Origin: Comamonadaceae bacterium
GTDB taxonomy: Bacteria; Pseudomonadota; Gammaproteobacteria; Burkholderiales; Burkholderiaceae_C
Length of the DNA: 57,722 nt
Direction: 5' to 3'
NCBI GenBank assembly: GCA_947449895.1
Contig: CANFSO010000001.1
Coordinates: forward strand, 1 to 57,722
Position numbers and translations under genes: made by a program. Positions 8,965 to 19,570 of this stretch are shown here, piece after piece. The notes beneath the pieces were generated by a model that was not told the origin of the DNA, ran no database searches, and was given only the letters and a program-made list of their open reading frames with translations. Each line of letters starts with the position of its first letter. The first letter of the stretch is position 1.

Positions 8965-9918
8965 ATGAACAAGACTGGCTATTTCACCCACGCAGAATGT
9001 CGTAAACACGAAATGGGCCCCGGTCACCCGGAATGCCCCGAACGCCTCGACGCTATTGAAGATCGCTTGCTGATCACCGGTGTGGCCGATGTCCTGGACC
9101 GGCGCGAGGCGCCACTGGCGCCGCTGGGAGATATTGAGTTGGCGCACGACCGCATGTTGGTGGCGGCGCTGCACGGCCTGTCGAGCCAACTCGCGGACGA
9201 CATCAACGCCGGTGGTCCGTCTTACGCGCAACTGGACCCCGACACCGCCATGAACGTGCACACGTGGAACGCCGTGCTGCGCGCCGCCGGTGCCACGTTG
9301 GCGGCCACCGACGCGGTGATGGCTGGTGAGCTTGAAAACGCTTTTTGCGCCGTGCGGCCACCCGGCCACCATGCTTGCCGCAGCCAATCCATGGGGTTCT
9401 GTTTCATCAACAGCGTCGCTGTGGCCGCTAAATATGCGCTGGAGCGCCATGGCCTCAAACGCGTCGCGATTGTTGACTTTGATGTTCATCACGGCAACGG
9501 CACCGAGGACATCATTGCTGGCGATGAGCGCATTTTGATGGTGAGTTTTTTTCAGCATCCGCTGTACCCGAACAGCGGCGCTGACAGCGATGAGCCCAAC
9601 ATGCTGAACCTGCCGATTCCGCCATATACCAAAGGCCCGAAAATTCGTGAGTTGATCGAAGCCACATGGCTGCCGCGACTCGAAGAGTTCAAGCCGGAGA
9701 TGATTTTCATCAGCGCTGGTTTTGACGCACACCGCGATGACGACTTGGGTCAGTTGGGCTTGGTGGAGCAAGATTACGCTTGGATCACGCAGCGCATCAA
9801 GGATGTGGCGAAGCGCCATTCGAAGGGGCGCATCGTGTCTTCCCTGGAGGGCGGCTACAACCTCAGTGCCCTGGCCCGCAGCGTTGAAGCGCACGTTCGG
9901 GTATTGGCTGATCTTTGA
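8965..9918 (+). CDS. Histone deacetylase-family (AcuC/AphA-like) protein
   Basis: GHPECPER, RPPGHH, DFDVHHGNGT, SAGFDAH and LEGGY. Confidence 0.93.
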   Translation: MNKTGYFTHAECRKHEMGPGHPECPERLDAIEDRLLITGVADVLDRREAPLAPLGDIELAHDRMLVAALHGLSSQLADDINAGGPSYAQLDPDTAMNVHTWNAVLRAAGATLAATDAVMAGELENAFCAVRPPGHHACRSQSMGFCFINSVAVAAKYALERHGLKRVAIVDFDVHHGNGTEDIIAGDERILMVSFFQHPLYPNSGADSDEPNMLNLPIPPYTKGPKIRELIEATWLPRLEEFKPEMIFISAGFDAHRDDDLGQLGLVEQDYAWITQRIKDVAKRHSKGRIVSSLEGGYNLSALARSVEAHVRVLADL

Positions 9919-9937
9919 CATTTTTTAGGAACTCCAG

Positions 9938-11266
9938 ATGGCCGCTCAAGGCACCTCTTTCGTGATGTCGGCCATTCACATTGAACGGCTGCAACCCTGG
10001 TTCATGGCGCTGGCCGAGCAAGCCGCTTGGGTTGAATTTTTGGTGCTGGCCGCTTGTATCGGATTGGCTTGGTTGCTGACCTCGCTGCTGCGCCGTGCGA
10101 CAGGTGACGAGGATGAAAAATCAATTCTCTTTGGCCGGAAAATTCTGGACGGCGTGATGTTTCCCGTGGCGCTGCTGTGCCTAGGGTATGCCGCCCGGGC
10201 GATGCTGGCAGCGTCGCTGCCGATCACCGTCTTCACGGTGGCCATGCCGGTGATGGTGGCCTTGGCCGTGATTCGTTTGGGTGTCAAGGTATTGCAAGTG
10301 GCCTTCAAAGACGCCCCGCTGGTGCGCACCCTTGAGCGCACGATCTCTTGGCTGGTCTGGCTGGGACTGGTGCTGTGGCTCAGTGGCTTGCTGCCACTGA
10401 TCTTGGTTGAACTGGACACCATCCACTGGCGCGTTGGCGCCAGCTCCATGTCGGTGCGCACGCTCATCGAGGGCACGCTGACAGCGGGTGTTGTGCTGAT
10501 TGTGGCGCTGTGGATTTCGTCGGCGATTGAAACGCGGCTGCTACGGTCGGCGGTGGGCAACGACTTGTCCTTGCGCAAAGCCGTGAGCAATGCGACGCGG
10601 GCTTTGCTTGTCTTTGTGGGCTTGCTGGTGGCGCTGTCTGCCGTGGGCATTGACCTGACGGCCTTGTCGGTGCTGGGCGGAGCGATTGGTGTGGGCGTTG
10701 GTTTTGGCCTGCAAAAACTGGCCGCCAGCTACGTCAGTGGTTTTGTGATTTTGGCCGAGCGAAGCGTGCGTATTGGAGACAGCGTTCGGGTTGACGGCTT
10801 TGAGGGGCGTATCACCGATATCAATGCGCGTTACACCGTGGTGAGGGCGCTGACGGGCCGTGAGTCCATCGTGCCGAACGAAATATTCATCAGCAACCGA
10901 ATTGAGAACTTGTCGCTGGCCGACAGCCGGGTGATGCTCTCGACCGTGGTCTCGGTGGGCTATGACAGCGATGTGGACTTGGTACTGCGCTTGCTGCGCG
11001 AAGCCGCGTCAAACCAAACCCGTGTGCTGAAAGATCCCGACCCCGTACCATCCGTCAACCTCACCAACTTTGGCGCAGACGGGCTGGAGTTCACGGTCAA
11101 CTTTTGGGTTGTTGACCCTGAAAACGGCCAGCAAAATATCCGTTCTCTCGTCAATATGGCGATTCTCAAGTCGCTCCGCGAGCACGGCATTCAGATTCCT
11201 TATCCCCAGCGGGTGGTGCATATTCGCAGTCCCGCCGGGCCAGCGTCCCTCGGACGAATAGAATAA
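9938..11266 (+). CDS. MscS-family mechanosensitive channel
   Basis: Multiple TM segments, [26 protein letters not shown] and IPYPQR. Confidence 0.9.
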   Translation: MAAQGTSFVMSAIHIERLQPWFMALAEQAAWVEFLVLAACIGLAWLLTSLLRRATGDEDEKSILFGRKILDGVMFPVALLCLGYAARAMLAASLPITVFTVAMPVMVALAVIRLGVKVLQVAFKDAPLVRTLERTISWLVWLGLVLWLSGLLPLILVELDTIHWRVGASSMSVRTLIEGTLTAGVVLIVALWISSAIETRLLRSAVGNDLSLRKAVSNATRALLVFVGLLVALSAVGIDLTALSVLGGAIGVGVGFGLQKLAASYVSGFVILAERSVRIGDSVRVDGFEGRITDINARYTVVRALTGRESIVPNEIFISNRIENLSLADSRVMLSTVVSVGYDSDVDLVLRLLREAASNQTRVLKDPDPVPSVNLTNFGADGLEFTVNFWVVDPENGQQNIRSLVNMAILKSLREHGIQIPYPQRVVHIRSPAGPASLGRIE

Positions 11267-11269
11267 TCA

Positions 11270-11287
11270 TCTTACGTTAACGTCAAC
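11270..11287. promoter_or_regulatory. Putative LiuR (MerR-family) operator
   Basis: TCTTACGTTAACGTCAAC, 22 bp upstream of etfB, resembles the LiuR palindrome TTTACGTWWACGTAAA (recalled consensus). Confidence 0.65.
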
Positions 11288-11309
11288 TCAATATGTTTGG
11301 AGATTTCCG

Positions 11310-12059
11310 ATGAAGGTTTTGGTACCCGTCAAACGCGTGGTGGATTACAACGTCAAGGTACGCGTCAAGTCAGACGGCACCGGTGTGGACATCGCCAATG
11401 TCAAGATGAGCATGAACCCCTTCGACGAAATCGCAGTTGAAGAAGCCACCCGCCTGAAAGAAAAAGGCGCCGTGACTGAAGTCATCGCCGTCAGCTGCGG
11501 CGTCACGCAATGTCAAGAAACCCTGCGCACGGCCATGGCCATTGGTGCAGACCGCGCCATTTTGGTCGACACCACGGAAGAGCTGCAGCCGCTGGCCGTT
11601 GCCAAGCTGCTGAAAGCCTTGGTCGACAAAGAGCAGCCACAGCTGGTGATTTTGGGCAAGCAAGCGATTGACGACGACTGCAACCAGACGGGTCAGATGC
11701 TCGCTGCTTTGCTGGGCTGGCCACAAGCTACTTTCGCGTCCAAAGTCGAAGTGGCTGATGGCAAAGTCACCGTCAGCCGTGAAGTCGATGGTGGCTCTGA
11801 AACCCTGGTGCTCACGCTGCCCGCCATCATCACCACCGATTTGCGCCTGAACGAGCCGCGCTACGTGACGCTGCCGAACATCATGAAGGCGAAGAAAAAG
11901 CAGATGGATACCTACAAGCCAGAAGAGCTGGGTGTTGACGTCACGCCGCGTATCAAAACCCTCAAAGTCAGCGAGCCGCCCAAGCGCAGCGCTGGCGTCA
12001 AAGTGGCCGACGTGGCGGCACTCGTCGACAAACTTAAAAACGAAGCGAAGGTAATCTAA
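11310..12059 (+). CDS. etfB: Electron transfer flavoprotein beta subunit
   Basis: [31 protein letters not shown] and DLRLNEPRY. Confidence 0.96.
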   Translation: MKVLVPVKRVVDYNVKVRVKSDGTGVDIANVKMSMNPFDEIAVEEATRLKEKGAVTEVIAVSCGVTQCQETLRTAMAIGADRAILVDTTEELQPLAVAKLLKALVDKEQPQLVILGKQAIDDDCNQTGQMLAALLGWPQATFASKVEVADGKVTVSREVDGGSETLVLTLPAIITTDLRLNEPRYVTLPNIMKAKKKQMDTYKPEELGVDVTPRIKTLKVSEPPKRSAGVKVADVAALVDKLKNEAKVI

Positions 12060-12991
12060 TGACTTCTTTGGTGATTGCTGAACACAACAACGCCGGCATC
12101 AAGCCTGCCACCCTCAACACCGTGACCGCAGCCGCTCAGTGCGGTGGTAACGTTCATGTGCTGGTAGCAGGCTTCAATGCCGCTGCCGCTGCACAAGCTG
12201 CCAGCCAGATCGCTGGCGTGAGCAAAGTGATTCACGTCGATGGCGCGCACTTTGAGCACGGCTTGGCTGAAAACATGGCCGCGCAAGTGGTCAGCATGGC
12301 GTCGGCTTATTCGCACATCTTGTTTCCGGCGACCGCGTCGGGCAAAAACATGGCGCCGCGCGTGGCTGCCACGCTCGACGTTGGCCAAATTTCCGACATC
12401 ACCAAGGTTGACAGCCCGGACACGTTTGAACGTCCGATCTACGCCGGCAACGCCATCGCGACCGTGCAAAGTCTGGATGCCATCAAAGTCATCACCGTGC
12501 GTACCACCGGGTTTGACCCGGCGGCTGCCACCGGCGGCTCGGCAGTGGTGGAAGTGGTGGCTGGCGTGCCGGACAGCGGCAAGTCGACATTCATGGGCAG
12601 CGAAATCGCCAAGAGCGACCGTCCTGAGTTGACGGCCGCCAAGATCATCGTCAGCGGTGGTCGGGCGCTCGGCAGTGCTGAGAAGTTCAATGAAGTCATG
12701 ACGCCGCTGGCCGACAAACTCGGTGCAGCGCTGGGTGCTTCCCGTGCTGCTGTGGATGCAGGCTACGCGCCGAATGACTGGCAAGTCGGACAAACCGGCA
12801 AGATCGTCGCGCCGCAGCTCTACATCGCGGCCGGCATTTCAGGCGCGATTCAGCACTTGGCCGGCATGAAAGACAGCAAGGTCATCGTGGCGATCAACAA
12901 GGACGCCGAGGCACCGATTTTCAGCGTGGCAGATTACGGGCTCGAAGCCGACCTGTTCGTCGCTGTGCCGGAACTGACGGCTGCACTTTAA
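12059..12991 (+). CDS. etfA: Electron transfer flavoprotein alpha subunit
   Basis: RPIYAGNA, SGGR, GASRAAVDAG, QVGQTGK and GISGAIQH. Confidence 0.96.
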   Translation: MTSLVIAEHNNAGIKPATLNTVTAAAQCGGNVHVLVAGFNAAAAAQAASQIAGVSKVIHVDGAHFEHGLAENMAAQVVSMASAYSHILFPATASGKNMAPRVAATLDVGQISDITKVDSPDTFERPIYAGNAIATVQSLDAIKVITVRTTGFDPAAATGGSAVVEVVAGVPDSGKSTFMGSEIAKSDRPELTAAKIIVSGGRALGSAEKFNEVMTPLADKLGAALGASRAAVDAGYAPNDWQVGQTGKIVAPQLYIAAGISGAIQHLAGMKDSKVIVAINKDAEAPIFSVADYGLEADLFVAVPELTAAL

Positions 12992-13006
12992 AAGTGTGCT
13001 GCTGAT

Positions 13007-13035
13007 AAAAGCATCCCACGGGGTGCTTTTTTTTT
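13007..13035 (+). terminator. Rho-independent terminator after etfA
   Basis: AAAAGCATCC-CACG-GGGTGCTTTT hairpin followed by a T run. Confidence 0.8.
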
Positions 13036-13071
13036 CATTCAATTTGTATTTGAATCTTCTGGAGACTCGTC

Positions 13072-14874
13072 ATGAGCTACACCGCCCCCGTCAAAGACAT
13101 GTTGTTCAACATCCAGCATCTGGCTGCGATAGACGAGCTGGCCAAGCTGCCGGCTTTTGCCGATGCCGGTTTTGAAACGGCGCAAGCGGTACTGGAGGAG
13201 TCGGCCAAGTTCAGCGAGGGCGTGCTGGCGCCGCTGAACTGGGAGGGCGACAAGCATCCCTCAAGTTGGCAGCAAGGCGTGGTCACCACGACGCCGGGTT
13301 TCAAGGACGCCTTTCGGCAGTACGTTGACGGCGGTTGGCAAGGCTTACAGCATCCGCTTGATTTTGGTGGCCAGGGTTTGCCCAAAATCATCGGCTCAGC
13401 TTGCAGTGAAATGCTCAATTCAGCCAACATGAGTTTTGCCTTGTGCCCGATGCTGACGGACGGTGCGATTGAAGCGCTGCTGACCGCTGGCTCGGACGAA
13501 CTCAATGCGGTTTACCTTGAAAAAATGGTCAGCGGTCAATGGACCGGCACCATGAACCTGACCGAGCCGCAAGCGGGCTCTGACCTGGCTGCCGTGCGCA
13601 GCCGCGCAGAACTGCAGTCAGACGGCACGTACAAAGTCTTTGGCACCAAGATCTACATCACCTATGGTGAGCACGACATGGCCGAGAACATCGTTCATTT
13701 GGTGCTCGCCCGCGTCACAGGCGCACCCGAAGGTGTCAAGGGCATCAGCCTGTTTGTGGTGCCTAAATTCATGGCCAAGGCAGATGGCTCGTTGGGTGCG
13801 CGCAACGATGTGCATTGCGTCAGCATCGAACACAAGCTCGGCATCAAGGCCAGCCCGACGGCGGTCTTGCAGTATGGCGACCACGGCGGCGCGGTGGGTT
13901 ATCTGGTGGGTCAAGAAAACCGCGGCCTCGAGTACATGTTCATCATGATGAACTCAGCCCGTTTTGCGGTCGGTGTGCAGGGCATTGCCATCGCTGAGCG
14001 CGCCACCCAAAAGGCGGTTCAGTTCGCCAAAGACCGTGTGCAAAGCAGGCCGGTCGATGGTTCTTTGCCGAGCAGCGGGCCGATCATTCACCACCCAGAT
14101 GTCAAGCGTATGCTGATGACGATGCGTGCGTACACTGAAGGCTGCCGCGCAATGGCCACGGTGGCCGCAGCGGCTTATGACGCGTCGCATCACCATCCCG
14201 ATGCCGAGGTGCGGAAACAGAACCTGGCGTTTTATGAATTTTTGGTGCCGCTGATCAAAGGCTTCAGCACCGAGATGAGTCAAGACGTCACCTCGCTGGG
14301 CGTGCAGGTGCATGGCGGCATGGGTTACATCGAAGAAACCGGCGCGGCGCAGTACTTCCGCGACGCGCGGATTCTGACCATTTACGAAGGCACCACCGCC
14401 ATTCAAGCGAATGATTTGGTCGGCCGCAAAACCGCCCGCGATGGCGGTCAAACGGCCAAGGCCATCGTTGCGCAAATTGAGATCACTGAAGCCGCATTGC
14501 GCGGGCAGGGCGGTGCCAATGCACTGGCTGTGGCGAAGCGTTTGCAGGCCGCACGGCTGGCCTTGCTGGACGTCATTGACTTTGTGGCGAGCCACACCAA
14601 GACATCGCCCAACGCGGTCTTTGCCGGCAGCGTGCCTTACCTCATGCTGGCCGGAAACGTCATGGCCGGCTGGCAAATGGCCCGCGGCTTGTTGGCGGCA
14701 GAGCAGGCCTTAGCGACGGATGACTGCGGGGCATATGGCGTTGGCTTCATGCAAGCCAAGATCACTACGGCGCGTTTCTACGCCGACCATTTGCTGACTA
14801 AAGCGCCGGGTCTGCGCGACAGCATTGTCGAAGGTGCTGACAGCGTCACGGCGCTGGCGCTAGACGCTTTTTAA
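13072..14874 (+). CDS. Long (~600 aa) acyl-CoA dehydrogenase
   Basis: TMNLTEPQAGSDL, GTKIYIT.GEHD, KLGIKASPT, QVHGGMGYIEE and IYEGT. Confidence 0.93.
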   Translation: MSYTAPVKDMLFNIQHLAAIDELAKLPAFADAGFETAQAVLEESAKFSEGVLAPLNWEGDKHPSSWQQGVVTTTPGFKDAFRQYVDGGWQGLQHPLDFGGQGLPKIIGSACSEMLNSANMSFALCPMLTDGAIEALLTAGSDELNAVYLEKMVSGQWTGTMNLTEPQAGSDLAAVRSRAELQSDGTYKVFGTKIYITYGEHDMAENIVHLVLARVTGAPEGVKGISLFVVPKFMAKADGSLGARNDVHCVSIEHKLGIKASPTAVLQYGDHGGAVGYLVGQENRGLEYMFIMMNSARFAVGVQGIAIAERATQKAVQFAKDRVQSRPVDGSLPSSGPIIHHPDVKRMLMTMRAYTEGCRAMATVAAAAYDASHHHPDAEVRKQNLAFYEFLVPLIKGFSTEMSQDVTSLGVQVHGGMGYIEETGAAQYFRDARILTIYEGTTAIQANDLVGRKTARDGGQTAKAIVAQIEITEAALRGQGGANALAVAKRLQAARLALLDVIDFVASHTKTSPNAVFAGSVPYLMLAGNVMAGWQMARGLLAAEQALATDDCGAYGVGFMQAKITTARFYADHLLTKAPGLRDSIVEGADSVTALALDAF

Positions 14875-14885
14875 CCCATCACACC

Positions 14886-15839
14886 ATGTCAAGACTTCCC
14901 GGTGCCTTGAGTCGTCTGCCGCTGCCGATCATCGGTTCGCCCTTGTTCATCATCAGCAACCCGAAGCTGGTGATCGCGCAATGCATCGCCGGCGTCGTCG
15001 GTGCCATGCCGGCACTGAACGCCAGACCCGCTTCTCAACTGGACGAATGGCTGGCCGAGATCACGGAGACGCTGGCCGCGCATGACCGTGCGCACCCTGA
15101 CCGGCCGGCCGCGCCTTTCGCCATGAACCAGATCGTCCACAAGTCGAACGAGCGATTAGAGAGCGACATGGAACTGTGTGTGAAGTACCGGGTGCCGATC
15201 TACATCACCTCGCTGGGCGCACGCGAAGACGTTTACGCGGCAGCGCACAGCTACGGCGCGGTGGTGCTGCACGACGTCATCAACAACAAGTTTGCCCACA
15301 AGGCGATTGAAAAAGGCGCTGACGGTTTGGTTGCCGTGGCCGCTGGCGCAGGCGGCCACGCGGGTGTTAAAAGCCCATTCGCCTTGATGCAAGAAATTCG
15401 CCAATGGTTTGATGGCCCGGTGGCGCTCTCCGGTGCTATTGCCAACGGCGCGGCGGTGCTGGCCGCGCAAGCCATGGGTGCTGACTTTGCCTACATCGGC
15501 TCAGCCTTCATCGCCACCGAAGAAGCCCGCGCTGCTGACGACTACAAGCAGGCCATCGTCGACAGCAATTCAGATGACATCGTCTACAGCAACCTGTTCA
15601 CCGGCGTGCACGGCAACTATCTGGCCGCGTCAATCCGAGCCGCTGGCATGGACCCCGAACACCTGCCCGAAAGCGATGCCAGCAAGATGGATTTTGGCGG
15701 CAACCGGACCAAGGCCTGGAAAGACATTTGGGGTTGCGGTCAAGGCATAGGCGCGGTCAGCCAAGTGCAAAGCACGGCTGACTTTGTGGCTCAGTTGCAG
15801 CGGGAATATGCAGCGGCGCGGAGTCGGCTGCTGGGCTAG
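14886..15839 (+). CDS. Nitronate monooxygenase / FabK-like flavin oxidoreductase
   Basis: GSPLFIIS, GAGGHAG, SGAI, GADFAYIGSAFIATEE and WGCGQG. Confidence 0.88.
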   Translation: MSRLPGALSRLPLPIIGSPLFIISNPKLVIAQCIAGVVGAMPALNARPASQLDEWLAEITETLAAHDRAHPDRPAAPFAMNQIVHKSNERLESDMELCVKYRVPIYITSLGAREDVYAAAHSYGAVVLHDVINNKFAHKAIEKGADGLVAVAAGAGGHAGVKSPFALMQEIRQWFDGPVALSGAIANGAAVLAAQAMGADFAYIGSAFIATEEARAADDYKQAIVDSNSDDIVYSNLFTGVHGNYLAASIRAAGMDPEHLPESDASKMDFGGNRTKAWKDIWGCGQGIGAVSQVQSTADFVAQLQREYAAARSRLLG

Positions 15840-15937
15840 CTGGCTTGTGCCATGATTCAAGGCTGCTGGATCTAATGGGGCAAGCCCCCCTCAATTACGC
15901 ACCGATAACGGTGCCTCCAAATGAGAAGGACGGTGAG

Positions 15938-16813
15938 ATGAGTGAAGTACGTTACGAAATGCCGACGACCGCCGAGGCTGCTGTGGCATTGCTGGCAATC
16001 GCCACAGGCCCGGCCAAAGTGTTGTCAGGCGGCACTGACCTGATCATCCAAATGCGCTCCGGGCAGCACACGCCGACGCTCCTAGTTGATGTCAAAAATA
16101 TCGCTGAGATGACCTCGGTTTCTGCTGATAAGAATGGCGGCTATCTTGTCGGTGCAGCGGTCGCTTGTATGCGGCTGACCGAAGATGCGGCGTTTGCGCA
16201 AACTTGGCCGGGCGTGATCGATGCCGTCAACTTGGTCGGCTCGGTGCAGGTGCGTGGACGCGCAACGGTAGGCGGCAACGTGTGCAACGCATCGCCAGCA
16301 GCCGACAGTGTGCCGGCCATGATTGCGGCGGGTGCGATCGCCAACATCTTAGGCCCTGATGGTCGTCGCACCGTGCCGGTCGAGCAGATTGCGGCAGGGC
16401 CTGGAAAAACGTCGTTGGCCAAGGGCGAGATGGTGACGTCATTTGTGTTGCCCCCACGCGCACCGCGGTCTGGCGATGCTTATTTGCGCTTCACGCCGCG
16501 CTCCGAGATGGACATCGCCGTGGTAGGTGTTGGCATCAACCTGACGCTTGATGAGAATGGCGTTTGCACACACGCTCGGGTTAGCTTGGGGGCTGTCGCT
16601 GCACGCGCGCTGTTGGTGCCAGCAGCGGCAGCCGCGCTGATCGGTACGCGGGTTGACGCTGCGGCACTTGAGAAATTGGCCGCTGCGGCCAGTGCGGCGG
16701 CTCAACCTATTGACGACAAGCGCGGAACCAAAGCGTTTCGCATCAAGGTCTCGGGCGTGCTGGCCAAGCGCGCTGCCATCATTGCGCTCGACAGAGCGAT
16801 GGGGAAAAACTGA
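15938..16813 (+). CDS. Xanthine dehydrogenase-family FAD-binding (medium) subunit
   Basis: LSGGTDL, ATVGGNVCNASPAAD, MDIAVV and PIDDKRG; AAGGA RBS before ATG 15938. Confidence 0.9.
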   Translation: MSEVRYEMPTTAEAAVALLAIATGPAKVLSGGTDLIIQMRSGQHTPTLLVDVKNIAEMTSVSADKNGGYLVGAAVACMRLTEDAAFAQTWPGVIDAVNLVGSVQVRGRATVGGNVCNASPAADSVPAMIAAGAIANILGPDGRRTVPVEQIAAGPGKTSLAKGEMVTSFVLPPRAPRSGDAYLRFTPRSEMDIAVVGVGINLTLDENGVCTHARVSLGAVAARALLVPAAAAALIGTRVDAAALEKLAAAASAAAQPIDDKRGTKAFRIKVSGVLAKRAAIIALDRAMGKN

Positions 16814-16814
16814 T

Positions 16815-17300
16815 ATGCCAAAGTACCATGTAACAACCACTATCAACGGCGATGCGCGCGAGTTTCTGTGTGACACCCAGCAGACGTTGCTGACTGTCCT
16901 GCGCGACGAATTGGGCATGACCGGGACCAAAGAAGGCTGCGGCACTGGCGATTGTGGAGCCTGTAGCGTGACGCTGGACGGGCGCTTGGTCTGCGCTTGT
17001 CTGGTGCTGGGCGTTGAAGCGCAGGGCAAGGCCATTCAAACCATCGAGGGCATGGCCCAAGGCGACAGCCTGCATGTACTGCAACGCAAATTTCTGGAGC
17101 ACGCGGCACTGCAATGCGGCATTTGCACGCCCGGATTTTTAATTGCAGCCCGCGCGCTGCTCGAGCGCAACCCAGACCCTAGCGAAGAAGAAGTTCGCTT
17201 CTGGCTGGCGGGTAACCTGTGCCGCTGCACGGGCTACAACCAAATCATCGAAGCGGTGCTGGATGCCGCACGCGACATGCGGGGCACCACAACATGCTGA
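16815..17300 (+). CDS. Xanthine dehydrogenase-family 2x[2Fe-2S] (small) subunit
   Basis: GC.GDCGACS..C, QCGICTPG and GNLCRCTGY. Confidence 0.93.
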   Translation: MPKYHVTTTINGDAREFLCDTQQTLLTVLRDELGMTGTKEGCGTGDCGACSVTLDGRLVCACLVLGVEAQGKAIQTIEGMAQGDSLHVLQRKFLEHAALQCGICTPGFLIAARALLERNPDPSEEEVRFWLAGNLCRCTGYNQIIEAVLDAARDMRGTTTC

Positions 17301-19570
17301 TGAAAACAAAACCCACCGAAAGAGAACTGAAGGTGATTGGCAGCAGTCCGGTACGGCCAGATGGCGTGCCCAAGGTCACCGGTGCAGCCCAATACGGCGC
17401 AGACTACGCACTTCCCGGCATGCTCTGGGCCAGTATCTTGCGATCGCCCCATGCCCACGCCAATATCCGCTCGATCGACTTGTCCAAGGCGCGTGCGCTG
17501 CCGGGCGTTAAATGCGTGATGATCGGCAGCGACCTGCCTGAGCAGACATTTGAATACGTCGGGCCAGAGCGTGTGGCGGTCAATTACTGGCACATGACGC
17601 GCAACGTGCTGGCGCGTGAAAAGGTACTTTACGAGGGCCATGCGCTGGCCGCGGTTGCTGCCACGACCCAGGCTATCGCCGAGGCGGCCTTGCGGCTGAT
17701 CGAGGTTGAGTACGAGGTACTGCCCCATGTCATTGACGTGGATGACGCGATGAATATCGACGCCCCTTTGCTGTTTGCAGACTTGATCACACGCGGCGTT
17801 GAACCCGCTCCCAGCCGTCCTTCCAATATTTCCAAAAAAGTCGAGTTCAAGATTGGGAATCTTGATTCAGGCTTTGCCTCAGCCGATGCAGTCGTCGAGA
17901 TGAGTTTCAAGACCGCACCTGTGCATCAGGGCTATATCGAGCCGCACGCGTGCCTCGCGCGCTTTGGTGCGGATGGTCAAGCTGAACTGTGGTCTTCGAG
18001 TCAAGGGCACTTCGTTGTGCGTGCTTACACAGCCAAGCTACTCGGCATGGCGATCGGTGATCTGCTGGTTCATCCGGCTGAAATCGGTGGCGGATTCGGC
18101 GGAAAAACTGTCGTCTATGTCGAACCGATTGCTGCCGCCTTGTCGCGCAAGACCGGTCATCCCGTCAAGATCATGATGAGCCGTGAAGACGTTTTCAGGG
18201 CCAGTGGCCCGACCTCCGGCTCCTCCATGACCGTCAAGATCGGCGTCAAAAAAGACGGCACGATGGTGGCTGCCGACGGATTGTTCAAATTTCAGGCGGG
18301 TGCTTTTCCTGGTTCACCTGTGATGAACGCGGCTATCTGCGCTTTTTCTCCGTATGTCATTCCAAACGTACGCACGGTCGGCTTTGACGTCGTCAGCAAC
18401 CGACCCAAGGTCGCAGCGTACCGTGCCCCCGGATCACCGATCTCTGCGTTTGCCGTCGAGAGTGTTCTTGATGTCTTGGCAGTCAAGATCGGCATGGACC
18501 CGTTGCAACTCAGGCTCAAGAACGCTGTTCAAACCGGCTCGCCAACAGTGCAGGGTGCACAGCATACGCACGATGGCTTTGCCGAAACGATTCAGGCCTT
18601 GGTCGATCATCCCGGTTATAGCGCACCGCTTGGCAAGAACCAAGGCCGTGGCGTGGCCTCTGGCTTTTGGTTTAACGGTGGCGGTGAATCGAGCGCCACC
18701 CTCCACATCAATGAAGACGGCTCTGTTTCTTTGGCCACCGGCAGCATGGACGTCGGTGGTTCACGGGCATCGATGGCCTTGATGGCGGCCGAGACCTTGG
18801 GTGTGCCCTACGACAAAGTACGCTCCATCGTGGCCGACACCGCCTCGATTGGTTACACCCACGTCACAGGCGGTTCACGCGTCACCTTTGCAACTGGTAT
18901 CGCAGTGGTCGATGCCTGCAAAAAAATCATTGACAACCTGCGCTCACGCGCTGCTTTGATGTGGAAAACAGACATTGAAAACGTGATTTGGGAAGATGGC
19001 TATGCCAAGGTCCGAAACAGTAACGTTGGCGATTTTGAGCCACTATCGCTCAAAGCCATTGCCACGAAGCGCGCGCTCACCGGTGGCCCGATTGCGACTG
19101 AAGTAGCGGTCAACGCCAGCGGTCAGGCACCAGGATTTTCAACGCAGTTCTGCGATGTCGAAGTCGACCCCGAAACCGGCGCGGTCAAGATCCTGCGCTT
19201 TGTTGCAGCACAAGATGTGGGACGCGCCATCCACCGGCGCTACGTCGAGGGCCAGATTCATGGTGGCGTGGTGCAAGGGATTGGCTGGGCGCTGAATGAG
19301 GAGTACATCTACAACTCGGACGGGCGCCTTGCGAACGCGGGCTTCCTCGATTACCGCATGCCCGTGGCCTCAGATTTACCCATGATTGAAGCCGTGATCG
19401 TCGAAGTGCCCAACCCCAACCATCCGTTTGGAGTGAAGGGGGCTGGCGAGGTCAGCATCGTACCGGCGATGGCTGCCATTGCGAATGCAATAGCAGACGC
19501 CGTAGGCAGGCGCATGACCGAGTTGCCGATGTCACCGCCCAAAGTGCTGGCGGCTATCGACGCGCCTTAA
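17294..19570 (+). CDS. Xanthine dehydrogenase-family molybdopterin-binding (large) subunit
   Basis: KVTG.A.Y..D, LRSPHAHA, IGGGFGGK, AYRAPG, EGQIHGG.VQGIG and KGAGE. Start at 17294 or 17300. Confidence 0.92.
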   Translation: MLMKTKPTERELKVIGSSPVRPDGVPKVTGAAQYGADYALPGMLWASILRSPHAHANIRSIDLSKARALPGVKCVMIGSDLPEQTFEYVGPERVAVNYWHMTRNVLAREKVLYEGHALAAVAATTQAIAEAALRLIEVEYEVLPHVIDVDDAMNIDAPLLFADLITRGVEPAPSRPSNISKKVEFKIGNLDSGFASADAVVEMSFKTAPVHQGYIEPHACLARFGADGQAELWSSSQGHFVVRAYTAKLLGMAIGDLLVHPAEIGGGFGGKTVVYVEPIAAALSRKTGHPVKIMMSREDVFRASGPTSGSSMTVKIGVKKDGTMVAADGLFKFQAGAFPGSPVMNAAICAFSPYVIPNVRTVGFDVVSNRPKVAAYRAPGSPISAFAVESVLDVLAVKIGMDPLQLRLKNAVQTGSPTVQGAQHTHDGFAETIQALVDHPGYSAPLGKNQGRGVASGFWFNGGGESSATLHINEDGSVSLATGSMDVGGSRASMALMAAETLGVPYDKVRSIVADTASIGYTHVTGGSRVTFATGIAVVDACKKIIDNLRSRAALMWKTDIENVIWEDGYAKVRNSNVGDFEPLSLKAIATKRALTGGPIATEVAVNASGQAPGFSTQFCDVEVDPETGAVKILRFVAAQDVGRAIHRRYVEGQIHGGVVQGIGWALNEEYIYNSDGRLANAGFLDYRMPVASDLPMIEAVIVEVPNPNHPFGVKGAGEVSIVPAMAAIANAIADAVGRRMTELPMSPPKVLAAIDAP

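Noticed and set aside
7474-9921. Long ORFs 7474-8355 (+) and 8944-9921 (-)
   Set aside because: Antisense to mltB and the HDAC gene, with no motifs. Typical high-GC shadows, as are 21153-22010, 40645-41829 and 54596-55501.
15825-15870. GGCTGCTGG 9-bp repeat at the left flank of the molybdoenzyme trio
   Set aside because: Short, GC-rich and without a matching copy at the right flank; compatible with chance.
15938-19570. Aerobic CO dehydrogenase (coxMSL) call
   Set aside because: The large subunit lacks AYxCSFR and AYRGAGR, and no cox accessory genes are present.
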